64,000 bases of DNA, from the NCBI RefSeq assembly GCF_006345805.1, contig NC_043005.1, positions 92,442,001 through 92,506,000 of the forward strand, read 5' to 3'. Below, in pieces: positions 37,805 through 50,119 of this stretch. How positions within the stretch are numbered: position 1 is the stretch's first letter; each line of letters begins with the position of its first letter. Both the position numbers and the translations under genes were made by a program. The notes below the pieces were generated by a model. It made no database searches, was not told where the DNA came from, and saw only the letters and a list, made by a program, of their open reading frames with translations. This stretch comes from Octopus sinensis. Its lineage: Eukaryota.

Positions 37805-38287
37805 AGGCGCAATGGCCTAGGACTTGCAGTCGCAGGATCGCGGTTTCGATTCCCAGACCGGGCGTTGTGAGTGTTTATTGAGCGAAAACACCTAAAATCT
37901 CCACGTGGCTCCGGCAGGGGGTGGTGATCCCTGCTGTACTCTTTCACCACTCTTTCTCTCACTCTTTCTTCTGTTGGCCTGCTGGCTTAGCCAGCGGGGT
38001 GGCGTCATTCGAAGGCTAAAACAATGCGAACGCATTGTGACCAGCGATGTGTTACAACATCTGATGGTCTGGTTGGTCACGTGATCACGTGATATATATA
38101 TATATATAAATTTATAAGTATAAATTAGTAATTAAACAAATTTTTTAAATTTTAACTTTAAATTTAAATAATTTAAATTTTTAATTTTATATATTTTGTA
38201 TATTATATTAATTAATTTTATTTCTATGTTTTGGTTTATGTTTTTCACTGTTTGATTTGCCTAATAGTGGTTTTATCTCTGATTTAA
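37271..38287. repeat. Inverted pair of AT-rich PLE-type ends enclosing a SINE
   Basis: About 37271-37452 is the reverse complement of about 38109-38287. Same family as 61560-61745. Confidence 0.75.
37801..38093 (+). mobile_element. tRNA-derived SINE (family D)
   Basis: GGCGCAATGG A-box-like and GGTTTCGATTCC B-box. CpG-rich body with GTCACGTGATCACGTGAT tail. Confidence 0.75.
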
Positions 38288-38371
38288 TATATATATATTT
38301 ATACTGTAAAATTAGATTTAATCCTAAATCTAGTTTTTCCCTGTAAGTTTGGATTTACTCCCTAATATTGT

Positions 38372-38414
<43 letters not shown>

Positions 38415-38747
38415 CTGTGTTCAAATTCTGCCAAGGTCAACTTTGCCTTTCATCCTTTCAGGGTCAATAAATTAAGTACCAGTGAAGCACTGTGGTCGAT
38501 GTAATCTACTAGCCCCCTCCCATAAAATCTGAGGTCAACTTTGATTTTCACCCTTTTGGGATTGATAAAATAAGTACTGAGTAAGTACCAGGGTTGAGTA
38601 ATTGATTTCCCGCTCCCCTCAAAAACCGTTGGCCCTGTGCCAAAATTTGCAACCAGTATTATATTATTCTGCTTGTTCCTGCAGTCTGGCTGTGTTTGTC
38701 CATGTGTTATGCCAAAGGAGGTAATAACTTGAATAGAGGAAGATATA

Positions 38748-40068
38748 CAAGGTGTTCATAAAGTTTCTTTACAATTTCAAAAATTTATTATAAAGGCAAT
38801 TGATGGGATATGTTTATTAGATTTGTTCTATGTACTTAGTGGTTATCAAAGTTTTTAACCACATTGCATATGTGTTTTATAGGCACTCTGTAGATGAAAA
38901 AGGCTCAGTTAAATGAAGCCCTAAAAAATGGCTACTTCTCATGAAAAGGCACAATGTATATTGTGGATTATTGAAAAAATATTGAACATTGAAACCCAGT
39001 AAAACTACAGGATTAAGGATGGAAGACATCCACCATCATGTCCATCATCTATGGTATAAGAAATTTATGGAAACAGGAACAGTGTTGGATAAAGGGAAGA
39101 ATGGATGACCAAAATTATCTGAGAAAAACATTGATCATGTAAAACAATCCTTTGTTAGTTATACAAAGTTCATACGTACTGCTGCCAGACAGTTACAGCT
39201 ACCACTTTCAACAGTGTACAAAACTGTATACAAGAACTTGCGATTGCTTGCTTCCAAAGTGTAACTCTTACAAGCACTGGAACCAAATGATAAACCAAGA
39301 CAAAACGAGTTTGCAGTTAACACACTGGAATGAAATTCTGAGAATGCAGCATTCCTCACCCAGGTTTGTTTTAGTGATGAGGCAACCTTTCATGTTTCAG
39401 GAAAACTAAACACTCATAATGTGAGGATCTAAGGATCAGAACACCCCCATGTGACTACGGAACTTCACTAAGATAGTCCAAAGGTGAATGTCTGGTGTGG
39501 GATGATGTGCAATCAAATCACTGGTCCATTTTTCTTCACAGAGACATCAATTTCTGCAAATGTTTCCCTTGACCTTTTGACTGAATATGTGGCACCACAA
39601 CTTGATGACCTTCAACCAGTCCTCATTTTCCCAGCGGAATTGTGCACCATGTTTGTAGATTCCTAAATTCCTGCATGTTTGTAGATTCCTAAATCAAACA
39701 TTTCCAGACTGGTGAATTGGGAGGGATGGCTCAATTCCCTGGCCACCTCATTCTCCAGATATCACTCCCTTAGACTTTTTTCTATGTGGTTATGTTAAAG
39801 ACATCGTGTATCGAACAAAGATACAGGACATCAATGACCTGAAGCAAAAGATTACTGATACCATTTCCACCATTGCAACAGTGAACATGGCAAGAAATTG
39901 ATTACAATTTTTTGATGTTCTTTGTGCAACTAATGGTGCCCATATAAAGATATATTAAATGAGGCAAAAAAACTTCAATGTCTACTCCATATTTTGTGAT
40001 AATTTCCACAGACCTATCTATTTATTTGCTTTTGTAATAAATTTTTGAAATTGTAAAGAGACACCCTA
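38748..40068 (+). mobile_element. Decayed Tc1/mariner-superfamily element (~1.3 kb)
   Basis: TIR caaggtgttcataaagtttctttacaatttcaaaaatttatta, with a degenerate inverse at the right end. Motifs FSDEATFHVSGK, VNVWCG and WPPHSPDITPLDFF. Confidence 0.85.
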
Positions 40069-40399
40069 TATATACAAAGAGAAGTGGGAAGAAGGGAAGA
40101 CAAATAGAGAAGCAGAAATAGAGGAATTGGGGGGGGGGGGGGAGAAAACACAAGAGAAAGAGAGAGAAAGAAAGAAAGCAAAGGTCTATACTATTCTACT
40201 TTTGTGTGTTCAAATTGCAGGCAGAATCAAAATTTAACAACGTTTAACAATGAAACAATGTCATGAAGATCTAAAAAATTATGCATTAAAAGATATGTTG
40301 ATAGATAATTAAATTAAAGTTTAATATCCCTGGCAAAAAGCTGTAGATGTTATACTTTTATCTCTTATATATTCTAGACCAAAAGCTATGGCCATGCCA

Positions 40400-40823
40400 T
40401 GGCATCACCATTCTTCTTTTTTTTTTTTCTGTGATTGGTATAAATGTGGTATTATGAGAGTACTATGTCAACTTGCTGAGGCAGTTACAAATGGCCATCA
40501 AGACCAAATGCTGAAGAAGACTGACAAAAGGAGTTTTGTTTCATCAGGTCAATGCTCCAGTACACAACACCTTAGTTTCAATGGCTGCTGTGTGTGACTA
40601 TGGCTTTGAACTGGTTGATAACCCTTCCCATTCTCTTGATTTGGCCCCATCTGATTATCATCTGTTCCCCAGCATGGAAAACAGATGGCTGCGAGCCAGT
40701 ATCACAACACTAAGGGAAGAAGTGTGTGAATGACAAGGGGGACTATGTGGAGAAATAAATTTCATTTGGTCCCATCCCATGAGAGTATTGTGGTCAGCCT
40801 TTGAACTTTTCAGTCAACCTTCG
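40400..40823 (+). mobile_element. Mariner 3' fragment
   Basis: LFHQVNAPVH...DLAPSDYHLFP; ends in TIR-like ...cagtcaaccttcg followed by TA. Confidence 0.8.
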
Positions 40824-40891
40824 TATGGCTATTTTTATATTGTTTAAATATGAACGTGCATTCATTAGTTTCCCATTTGTGATATTTATAG

Positions 40892-40985
40892 CGAGAAAGT
40901 TTCTCAGGTTCAGTCAGATGCTTTAGTGATTTCTCTGCAAAAAGACATTCAAGATGTACAACTCAACTACAAGAAAACACAACGG
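40892..40985 (+). CDS. CCDC89: CCDC89-like exon 6
   Basis: ttatag acceptor, CGG|GTAAGC donor. Encodes (N)EKVSQVQSDALVISLQKDIQDVQLNYKKTQR; phase 2 in, 0 out. Confidence 0.75.
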
Positions 40986-41259
40986 GTAAGCAAACACTAG
41001 GGTCTATTGTTTTTCTTTTTCATTAGATTGTGGCCATGCTGGAGCACTGTCTTGAAGAGTTTTTAATCGAATGAATTGACCCCAGTACTTCTTTTTTTAA
41101 AGCCCGGTACTTATTCTGTCAGTCTCTTTTGCTGAACGAGTAAGTTACAGCAATATAAACACAGCAACACTGATTGCCAAGCTGTGGTAAGGGACAAACA
41201 GAGACAAAATCAAACAAATATAGATATATGATTATATATGTGTGTGTGTGTGTGTGTAC

Positions 41260-41319
<60 letters not shown>

Positions 41320-41550
41320 TAAATCAATCCAAGGAAAAAACAATTTCCTTCAAAGGGATTTTCACTAGTTCTTCAGTTAAATACCACAATACAGTAAAGA
41401 AAAATCCAAACTTAAAATGGTATAATTTCAATATATAAATATTAAAGGAAATAGAGAAATACAATTGACATATTAAAAATGTATTAACATTATGATATAA
41501 TATGATTATAATATAAAAAGATATAATATAATATAAATAATTAAAACAAA

Positions 41551-41634
41551 TATCCTACAATTTGTTTCAATTCATATCCACGAGTGAATATATAAAAATT
41601 CTCACCTATGCATATGAGTCTTGTCAAGGTAATA
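41551..41634 (-). ncRNA. Degenerate hammerhead motif with U3:A8 core
   Basis: acc-TTGACAA-GACTCATAT..ATATGAATT-GAA-ACAAATTGT-A-GGATA. Stem I is imperfect. Confidence 0.45.
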
Positions 41635-42282
41635 TATGTCTAAAAAAGAGACAAAAATTTCATGCAAGGACTGCTAAATCATAAAATAGACTGATTTAAA
41701 ATATACCCATGTTTACAAGCATGAGCGTTAATAATTTTAAAATATAATAAAAATAACACCAAAATTCAAATAGATGAAATAAATTAAATAAACAAAACAA
41801 TTACAACGGTCATAAGATATTCTTATGCACCTTTAATAATATTAATCTAAAGATTTTTTAATCTACAATAATCACTGTCCATTTTTATTATATAATAAAA
41901 TCTATATAATATGTTAAGAATTTATGGTGGAGTAGGAAATATATTTTATTTAAAATTTTTATATACTATTATGAAAAAATAAGGATATATTTTATTTAGA
42001 CACTAAATTCATTAAAAAACTTTTAGTCAATGATTCATTAATTCAAAAGTTTCTACTAAATACACCAAGTTTAAACAAATGTATAAAGTTATGATTATTA
42101 TAAACTATACTATTCCTTACATAAAAATGATAATAATATATTATGGAGATGTACTTGCTTAGCAAGTGACCTGATCTGAGATTGTGTGCTGGAACGAAAA
42201 CAATTGCAGTGTGGAAGGTGTTTATAAACCATTTAAGAAGCACACAAAAAACGTTAGATTCACTTCAACATTTAAATTTAAT

Positions 42283-42333
42283 TTGCCAAAATATTTTCGG
42301 CGCTTTGAGACTGCGACCTGTTCACTGACAAAA
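42283..42333 (-). ncRNA. Minimal hammerhead motif with G3:C8 swapped core
   Basis: TTTGTCA-GTGAACA-GG(t)CGC..GCGCC-GAA-AATATT-T-TGGCAAA: 7-bp stem I and palindromic stem III. Confidence 0.6.
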
Positions 42334-42751
42334 CTCCGTGCCAGTGGCATGTAAAATCACCTACTACATTCTCAGAGTGGTTGGCATTAGGAAGGGCATC
42401 CAGCTGTAGAAACCTTGCCAGATCAGACTGAAGTCTTATACAGCCTTCTGGCTTGCCAGTCCTCAGTCAAACCATCCAAACTATGCCAGCATGGAAAGCA
42501 GACGATGATGCTATATATAACAATGGAAATATTTAATAAATAAGTTAGTTAATGTAAGTATCCTGATAAGAAAAATTAAAGTCTACAATATTCAAATAGT
42601 AATAAGCTGATTTTATGTATATCAAAATACAAATCTCAAGTTTATGCTTATATACACTAGTAAATTGTATAATAAATATCATTTTCTTTATATCGCTGTG
42701 TACATACATTGATTTTAATATATGTATATATATATATATATATATTGGCAG

Positions 42752-42838
42752 GAAATTGCAATCTATAAAGAAGAATCTCGGAAGAAATTGGAGTACGAAA
42801 GAAAGCTGAATGAGAAATTAAGGCATATTACTGGTTGA
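42752..42838 (+). CDS. CCDC89: CCDC89-like terminal exon
   Basis: ggcag acceptor. Encodes EIAIYKEESRKKLEYERKLNEKLRHITG*, resembling the CCDC89 C-terminus ERELNGKLRHLSP as I recall it. AATAAA at 43072. Total CDS 1017 nt (338 aa). Confidence 0.8.
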   Translation, partial: EIAIYKEESRKKLEYERKLNEKLRHITG

Positions 42839-43487
42839 TGCTTACAATAATTGGTTGCCTCCAACAATGCTCCTACATCCATCATATAAATCAATTAGAC
42901 TCAGTGGAAAAACCAATCACAATACAATTGATATGTGATTACTAAAATTATATTTTAGAAGGGTTTACATTTACTGTGTTGCTACATTAGGTTCTAGTAG
43001 CTTCTAGTGTAGATTGGATATACTATTGAAGAGAAGGATTTCTAGCAGAACTGACATCAAGAACACCATGAAATAAAAATTAATGATTATTCAAATAATT
43101 TATTGGAAGTAATAACATTCTACTACAAGACAGGTGACATAATTACTGCAGCAGGTAATCATAAAGAAAGTACAGGGGTTTGTATATAAAGGGGCTGAGA
43201 CCCTAACTTTTTGTGGAGAGCAGAAAGAAGCTTCTGTCTCTGTTCTTGATTGGTCCCAACTCAGTCCTGACTGAGCTGGCACCATATGCATGATCAAAGA
43301 CATTCTAGCCTTGATTATCCAGTCTTTTTCAAGCATTATGTACTTTAGACTACATTCTCCAATATTTTGTATCTTAAGACAGTAAGGAGTTTTTTGTGTT
43401 TTTTTAAGATTTGGTTACTATTTCAAGAAGGTTGAACAACCACATAGAAATTCTTTGTGGGCATGGCTACTTTCTTTGATGAATTCA

Positions 43488-44995
43488 TTATCATCATCAT
43501 CATCGTTTAACGTCCGCTTCCATGCTAGCATGGGTTGGACGGTTCAACTGGGGTCTGGGAAGCCAGAAGGCTACACCAGGCCCAGTCTGATCTGGCAGTG
43601 TTTCTACAGCTGGATGCCCTTCCTAACGCCAACCACTCCATGAGTGTAGTGGGTGCTTTTTACGTGCCACCGGCACAGGTGCCTGACGAGGCTGGCAAAC
43701 GGCCACGGTCGGATGGTGCTTTTTACATGCCACCGGCACGGAGGCCAGACGAGGCTAGCAATGGCCACAATCGGATGGTGCTTTTTACGTGCCACCGGCA
43801 CGGAGGCCAGTCAGGGCTGCGCTGGCAACAGCCACGTTCGGATGATTCTCTTACGTGCCACCGGCATTGGTATCTCAGCTACAATTTCCATTGATGTTGA
43901 TTGATTTCGATTTTCACTTGCCTCAGCAGGTCTTCACAAGTAGAGCTTTGTGTCCCAAGAAGGAAAGGTATGCATAAGTGGACTGGCTACATCCCAGGTA
44001 GAGGCCATGGGTTATGGTCTCACTTGTCCTGCCGAGTCTTCCCATGCACAGCATACTTCCAAAGGTCTCGGTCTCTAGTCATTTCCTCGGTGAGACCTAA
44101 AGTTTGAAGGTTGTGCTTCACCACCTCGTCCCAGATTTTCCTGGGTCTACCTCTTCCACAGGTACCCTCAACCGCTAGGGTGTGACACTTTGTCACACAA
44201 CTATCTTCAGCCATTCTCGCCACATGACCATACCAGCACAAACATCTCTCTTGCACACAACTGATGCGTCTTAGGTCCAACTTTTCTCTCAAGGTACTTA
44301 CACTTTGTCAAGTATGTACACTGACATTACACATCTATCAGAGCATACTGGCTTCATTTCTTGTGAGCTTACACATATCCTCAGCAGTCATGGCCCATTT
44401 TTCACTGCCATGTAGCATGGCTGTTCGTACACATGCGTCATACAGTCTGCCTTTTACTCTGAGCAAGAGGCCTTTTGTCACCAGCAGAGGTAAGAGCTCT
44501 CTGAACTTTGCCCAGGCTATTCTTACTCTAGCAGTTACACTTTCAGCACACCCGCCTCCACTACTGACTTGGTCACCTAGGTAACGGAAGCTATCAACAG
44601 TTTCTAGTTTTTCTCCCTGGAATGTGACAGAAATTGGTCTCTGCACATTTTCAGTGTTTATTGCTCCTGAGCATCTGCCACATACAAAAACTATCTTCCC
44701 AGTTAACCTTCCTTTGATATTGTTCTACCTCTTATATCAATAGATTACACTGGGTACATCTTATGGAGTTTCTACCTACGCCTTTTCTACAGATCGAGCA
44801 GGGCCATCTACCTGGAGGCGAGTGTGGTTTGTCTACCTTCCTACTTATTAGGACTTTGGTTTTAGCTAGATTGACTCTAAGGCCTTTCGATTCTAATCCT
44901 TGTATCCACACTTGAAACTTTGCCTCTAGTTCTGATAGTGACTCAGCAATTAGAGCAAGGTCATCAGCATAGAGGAGCTCCCACGGGCATCCTGT
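43488..44995 (-). mobile_element. 5'-truncated RTE LINE (RT domain to 3' tail)
   Basis: GCPWELLYADDLALIAES...GLRVNLAKTK, FRYLGDQV, LYDACVRTAMLHGSE, RGRPRKIW. 3'UTR repeats and (GAT)n tail. Confidence 0.93.
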
Positions 44996-45579
44996 CTTGA
45001 ATTCCTCTGTTATTGCCTGGGTATCCCGTCTTGAATTCCTCCGTTATTGCCTGGAATTATCATCATCATTTGTATGTCTGTTTTTAGACAAAATTTCTCA
45101 AGGCAGATTTCCTACACCTAGATGCTCTTCTTGTCACAAACCCTACAAAGTACTCAAGAAGGGAATTTCATTTCACTGATCCGCACACTCACACAACCCA
45201 ACGAAGCTATTGAAACTGTAGGACTTTTGTTCACTGAGGAATTGACTACAGTTGTTAATCTGAAAAAAATTATATCCAATTATAACTTCCAAAAGCTTTC
45301 AAAAGTCACAACACTGAAAGTAGTGCTGTTAGATATTATCAATATTATCAATACAAATTATAAATTAAAACTATATGGAGTCTCAAATGACATGAGAATG
45401 AATCAAGCTATGCAGAAAAAAAAAATCATTGTTTTAAGGGACATTTTTTTTTTCTTTGCTTCTCTGTCGTATGAAATTCATTGAGGCAGATTTGCAGAAT
45501 GTAAAGACTAAACCAAATAGCACAAGGCATTCTGTCCTATGTTGTAATGATTCACCACCTTAACGACAATAACAATAAT

Positions 45580-46665
45580 CTTTTTTACTATAGGCACAAG
45601 GCCTGGTGGGGGGGGGTGCTAGTCAATAACATCGACCCCGGTGCTCTACTGGTACTTATTTCATCGACCCCAAAAGGATGAAAGGCAAAGCCGACCTTGG
45701 TAGAATTTGAACTCTGAATGTAAAGAAAGACAAAATGCCACTAAGCATTTTGCCCAGCACGCTAATGATACTGCCAGCTCATTGCTTTAACAACAACAAT
45801 AATAGTTTAAAGCATTGGCATAAGGCCAGCTATTGGGGAGGGGTAGTCAATTATATCAACCCCACTACATGACCGGTAACTTATTTTATTGACCTTGAAA
45901 AAATGAAAGGACAGGTTGACATCAGCAGTATTTGAACTCATAACAAAAAACCAGAAGAAATGCAGTGTAACATTTTGCTCAATGTGCTAACTATTCGGCC
46001 AGCTCACTGCCTTAACAACAACTGTTTTTAACATCAGTACAAGGCCTGAAATTTGGTCGTAGAAGTGAGAACAGTCAGTTACGTAAGTCTGCAGTATTTG
46101 ACTGATGCTTTATTTTGTCAACCTCAATAGGAGGAAAAGCAAAATCAAACTCAGCAGAAACTGCACTCAAAACATGAGGAACAAGAACAAAATATCATTT
46201 GGCATTTTGTCCACTGCTCGAACAATTTTGCAAATCCATCACCTTTTCTAATTGATGTATCAATACCTATTTCTTTACTACCCACAAGGGACTAAACACA
46301 GAGAGAACAAACAAGGACAGGCAAACGATTTAAGTCGATTATATCGACTCCAGTGCGTAACTGGTACTTAATTTATCAACCTCGAAAGGATGAAAGGCTA
46401 AGACGACCTCGGCGGAATTTTAACTCAGACAAATTACCTATTTCTTTACTACCCACAAGGGGCTAAACACAGAGAGAACAAACAAGGACAGACAAACGGA
46501 TTAAGTCGATTATATCGACCCCAGTGCCTAACTGGTACTTAATTTATTGACCCCAAAGGATGAAAGGCAAAATCGACCTCAGCTGAATTTGAACTCAGAA
46601 CGTAGCGGCAGATGAAATATTGCTAAGCATTTTGCCCAGCGTGCTAACGTTTCTGCCAGCTAATA
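45580..46665 (-). mobile_element. Stack of five family-C SINEs
   Basis: Repeated actggtacttaatttatcgaccccgaaaggatgaaaggcaaagtcgacc core, all in the same orientation. Confidence 0.8.
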
Positions 46666-47084
46666 CCAACAGATGGCAATGTTTCACTAAAAGAAACAGA
46701 GAAACTTTCAAATTACTCAGGAATTTTTAATTGAATGGCATGAGACCTTTTGGTTTTCTCTTCTCTTAAATTCTGGCCTTCCTTTAGTATTCCTGTTGTT
46801 TTACATCGATGTATAGATGTATGTATATATGTAAGTATACCCATAAAGTGTTAATATGTATGTATAATATACAATATATATATATATAATAAAAATATGT
46901 TAGTGTTATTTAATTTCTGAACGGTTTTGCTGCCGTTTGTTTATATAGTATGATTTCTTTATCCATCAGTTTCTAAGAGATACGAGTAAAATTAATAATA
47001 GAGAAACGAAAATGAAACTGTGGAAACAGCCAAATGGGAGATAATTGAGAAAGACCTGAAAGTCAATGTATGATCGTAATCATG

Positions 47085-47292
47085 TAAAGTAAGTATAACA
47101 AATAATCCAGAATCCTTGTCCGGTACTGGATTGATCCCAAAATTTAATCAGTTCATGCCAGTCATGAGGCCAAACATCCTTGAAAGTGTCATCCGAATCC
47201 ATCTGGCAGTTCTTGAGATATCTTGTCCACAGACAAACAAACAAACACCACTGAAAACAATACCTCCACCTTTGCTAAGGCAGGGGTAATAA
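47085..47292 (+). mobile_element. Helentron-associated non-autonomous element (3' part)
   Basis: (AAAC)n microsatellite, then gaaaacaatacctcc..gcaggggtaataa, a degenerate terminal stem typical of HINE/DINE-1-like ends. Confidence 0.5.
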
Positions 47293-47859
47293 TATGCAGG
47301 ACCAGGAAGTGGCTATCATGGCTTTTGATCTTGATTGATTGGAAGTATTATCATGTACATTGTTTTGTCTTGGTATAAAAAGGTGGGCTACAGCAAATAT
47401 TCTGCTCAGTACTACAGATTTGCTTGTGAATTGCTTGACCATAACCAGTTGAGCATGTCCCTTGATGGCTGACAATATATGCATTTCTGATCACAAGCAG
47501 ATATAGTGTGGGAGCATCATAGCCATGTGTTGAGAAGAATTCTTTGGAGTTTGAATAATTCACCTCTGGAAACTGAAGTGTTTTGTTCAACATCCTTAAA
47601 CAACCCTTATTCAGGGACCTTTTGAGTGGGATAGCCACTCAACCTGAAGAAAATTCTTACTGGCCCTACCAAGATCATGTGCTGTTTATTTTGATATAAG
47701 ATCACCATGTCGGGCACATATGGTTGTGATGCATGTGCCTGGTGTACCCTTATCAGACAGGTAGTCATGATGGGTATATTGGGCTTCGTCTATTTGTGCC
47801 CCAGTGTCACTTTGATGGCATGCACTGTTCTCTCACTTCATAATAATATAATAATAATA

Positions 47860-49262
47860 ATCCTTCCTACTATATGCACAAGGCTTGAAATTTGGGGGTT
47901 GGAGACAATCGATTACATTGATCCCAGCCTCTGGCTAGTACTTAATTTATTGTCCCTGAAACGATGAAAGCAAAGTCAACCTTGGCGGAATTTGAACTCA
48001 CAATGACGAAATGTCAATGTGCTAATGATTCTGCCATCTCACTGCCTTTTATTATGATGACAGTTTCAAAGTTTGGTACAAGGCCAGCAGTTCTTTAGGA
48101 AAGGGGTAAGTTGATTAAATTGACCCCAGTGCTCAGATGGTACTTATTCTATTAACCTTGAAAGGATGAAAGGCAAAGTCAACTCCAGCGGAATGTAAAA
48201 ATGGGCAAAATGCTACTAAGCATTTCACCTGGCAAAATGAAAGGCAAAACTGATCTCAGTAGGTTCTGAATTTAGTATGAAGTTTTAAGAAAACAGGGTT
48301 TCCTATGCTAGCTTAGGATTTCTTTTGTTTAATAATATGCTGTTTTGTATAAATAAGCAGACAGTTTCATGTTTCATAAGAGAAGGAAAATAGGAAATTG
48401 GCATATTCATGCTTTATTAAGACAGAGGTTTCAACAAGGAATTAAACATCAATTTGTGAACAAAATGTATAGCTGCACTATAATGCCCACCACATCACAT
48501 TCTGACAGTTCGACAACAGTACAATGGTTCATGATGAATATATTTTAAAGTTTATTTTTACTTGTTGCTTCTAAGAGTGAGCGATATTCTAATTATAAGT
48601 ATTTAAAATTAGAACTCAATCATATGACTCAGTGACCTGAAAAATTAATTTTAAAAAAAAGTAAAAAGGAAGAAACTGGGTAGAATGTGTGTGAGAGAAA
48701 TCCTTCACTATATTTTAAAACAAATATTTATATATTTTAATAATAGATGGAAGTGATTTAACTATATTTCAGAGAGGTTGTATGTATATAAGGCAAAAGG
48801 GAACTCATTAACAATAGGGGCACATACTGATGTGTAAATCATACTTTCTAATTTTGGCATAAGGCCTGTAATTTTGAGGGGAGGGGGAAGTTGATAACAT
48901 TGACCCCAGTACTCAACTGGTAATTATTTTATCAAGCCTTAAAAGGATAAAAGACAAAGTTGACCTTGGTGGCATTTGAACTCAGAATGTAAAAGAACTG
49001 GAAGAAATACTGTTAATTATTTTGTCCAACACAGTATCAATTCTTATTTCTTTATTACCCACAAGGGGCTAAACATAGAGGGGACAAAAGAATTAAGTCG
49101 GTTACATTGATCCCAGTGCGTAACTGGTACTTAATTTATCAACCCCGAAAGGATGAAAGGCAAAGTCAACCTCAGCAGAATTTGAACTCAGAATGTAATG
49201 GCAGTCGAAATACCGCTAAGCATTTCGCCCAGCATGCTAACGTTTCTGCCAGCTTGCTGCTT
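47860..49262 (-). mobile_element. Four more family-C SINE copies
   Basis: Copies at about 47860-48050, 48065-48235, 48845-49040 and 49045-49262. Confidence 0.75.
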
Positions 49263-49632
49263 TCAATTTGTAAATCATAATGGGAGCATGAATAAAAACA
49301 TCAAGAACATGTAAAAATAAAGGTAAACTTAAGTGGTGGATTCACACACTCTCGCACACAAACACATATACACAGTTGATAATTCTTTATTCGAAATGAC
49401 ATCTATAAAACAGCACACTTGGGCATGGGACCCAAGTCTAAACACATTATGCATTTACTTTTCATATTACAGCTTACACATATATTATGAAAGTATCTGC
49501 ATATAAATTTGGTGGTCGTCCACTTTCTTATGACATAACAGTTTCAGTTTTGGAGTATTTCACTTCTCTCCTAAAACAAATCAACTAATTATGCTTTCAC
49601 GCCATTTGTAATCTATATTAACTGAATTATAA

Positions 49633-50119
49633 AGCAGTTCCAGCCTCTAGTTACTGTCCAAAAGTAGAGAGAATGAAATGAATCTGAAATGACTACCTCA
49701 TGATTGCTATTTGAAAGCTTTACCAGTGATTTACTGATTTCAAATATAAACGGGCATACTTAGATATTAATATAACAGTGCACATACACATGCACACACG
49801 TACACATCCATATGCATTTGTACACTTATAACTATTATTTTGATTTTATGATATTAATAACATCTTTTCGTTGAATATGGGTATTTTGTTTTCAGTTCTT
49901 CTTTAAATTTCCGAAATAACAAACGGTTTTGATTCAACTCTTTAATTTTGTTATTGTGGAAGTTTGTTGATGTCTTTAAGCCTTGATGAACAATAAATGC
50001 ATTACTCAGAACATTAAACGTATATCCAGCAATATGCAGCTCACATACATTGCTAATTCAGTTAAAACCATATTGTTTAAATCGTTCATCATAAGCTGGC
50101 ACAAAATGTCGGGTAATAA
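49633..50119 (-). pseudogene. B4GAT1: Partial duplicate of the B4GAT1 3' CDS and 3'UTR
   Basis: Near-identical to 51321-51835, with a 28-bp deletion at a TAGA microhomology and a CGA>TGA nonsense change (FNR>FN*). Confidence 0.92.

Noticed and set aside
45122-45484. 120-aa ORF
   Set aside because: Starts inside a repeat, has no splice or homology support, and has AT-rich non-coding composition.
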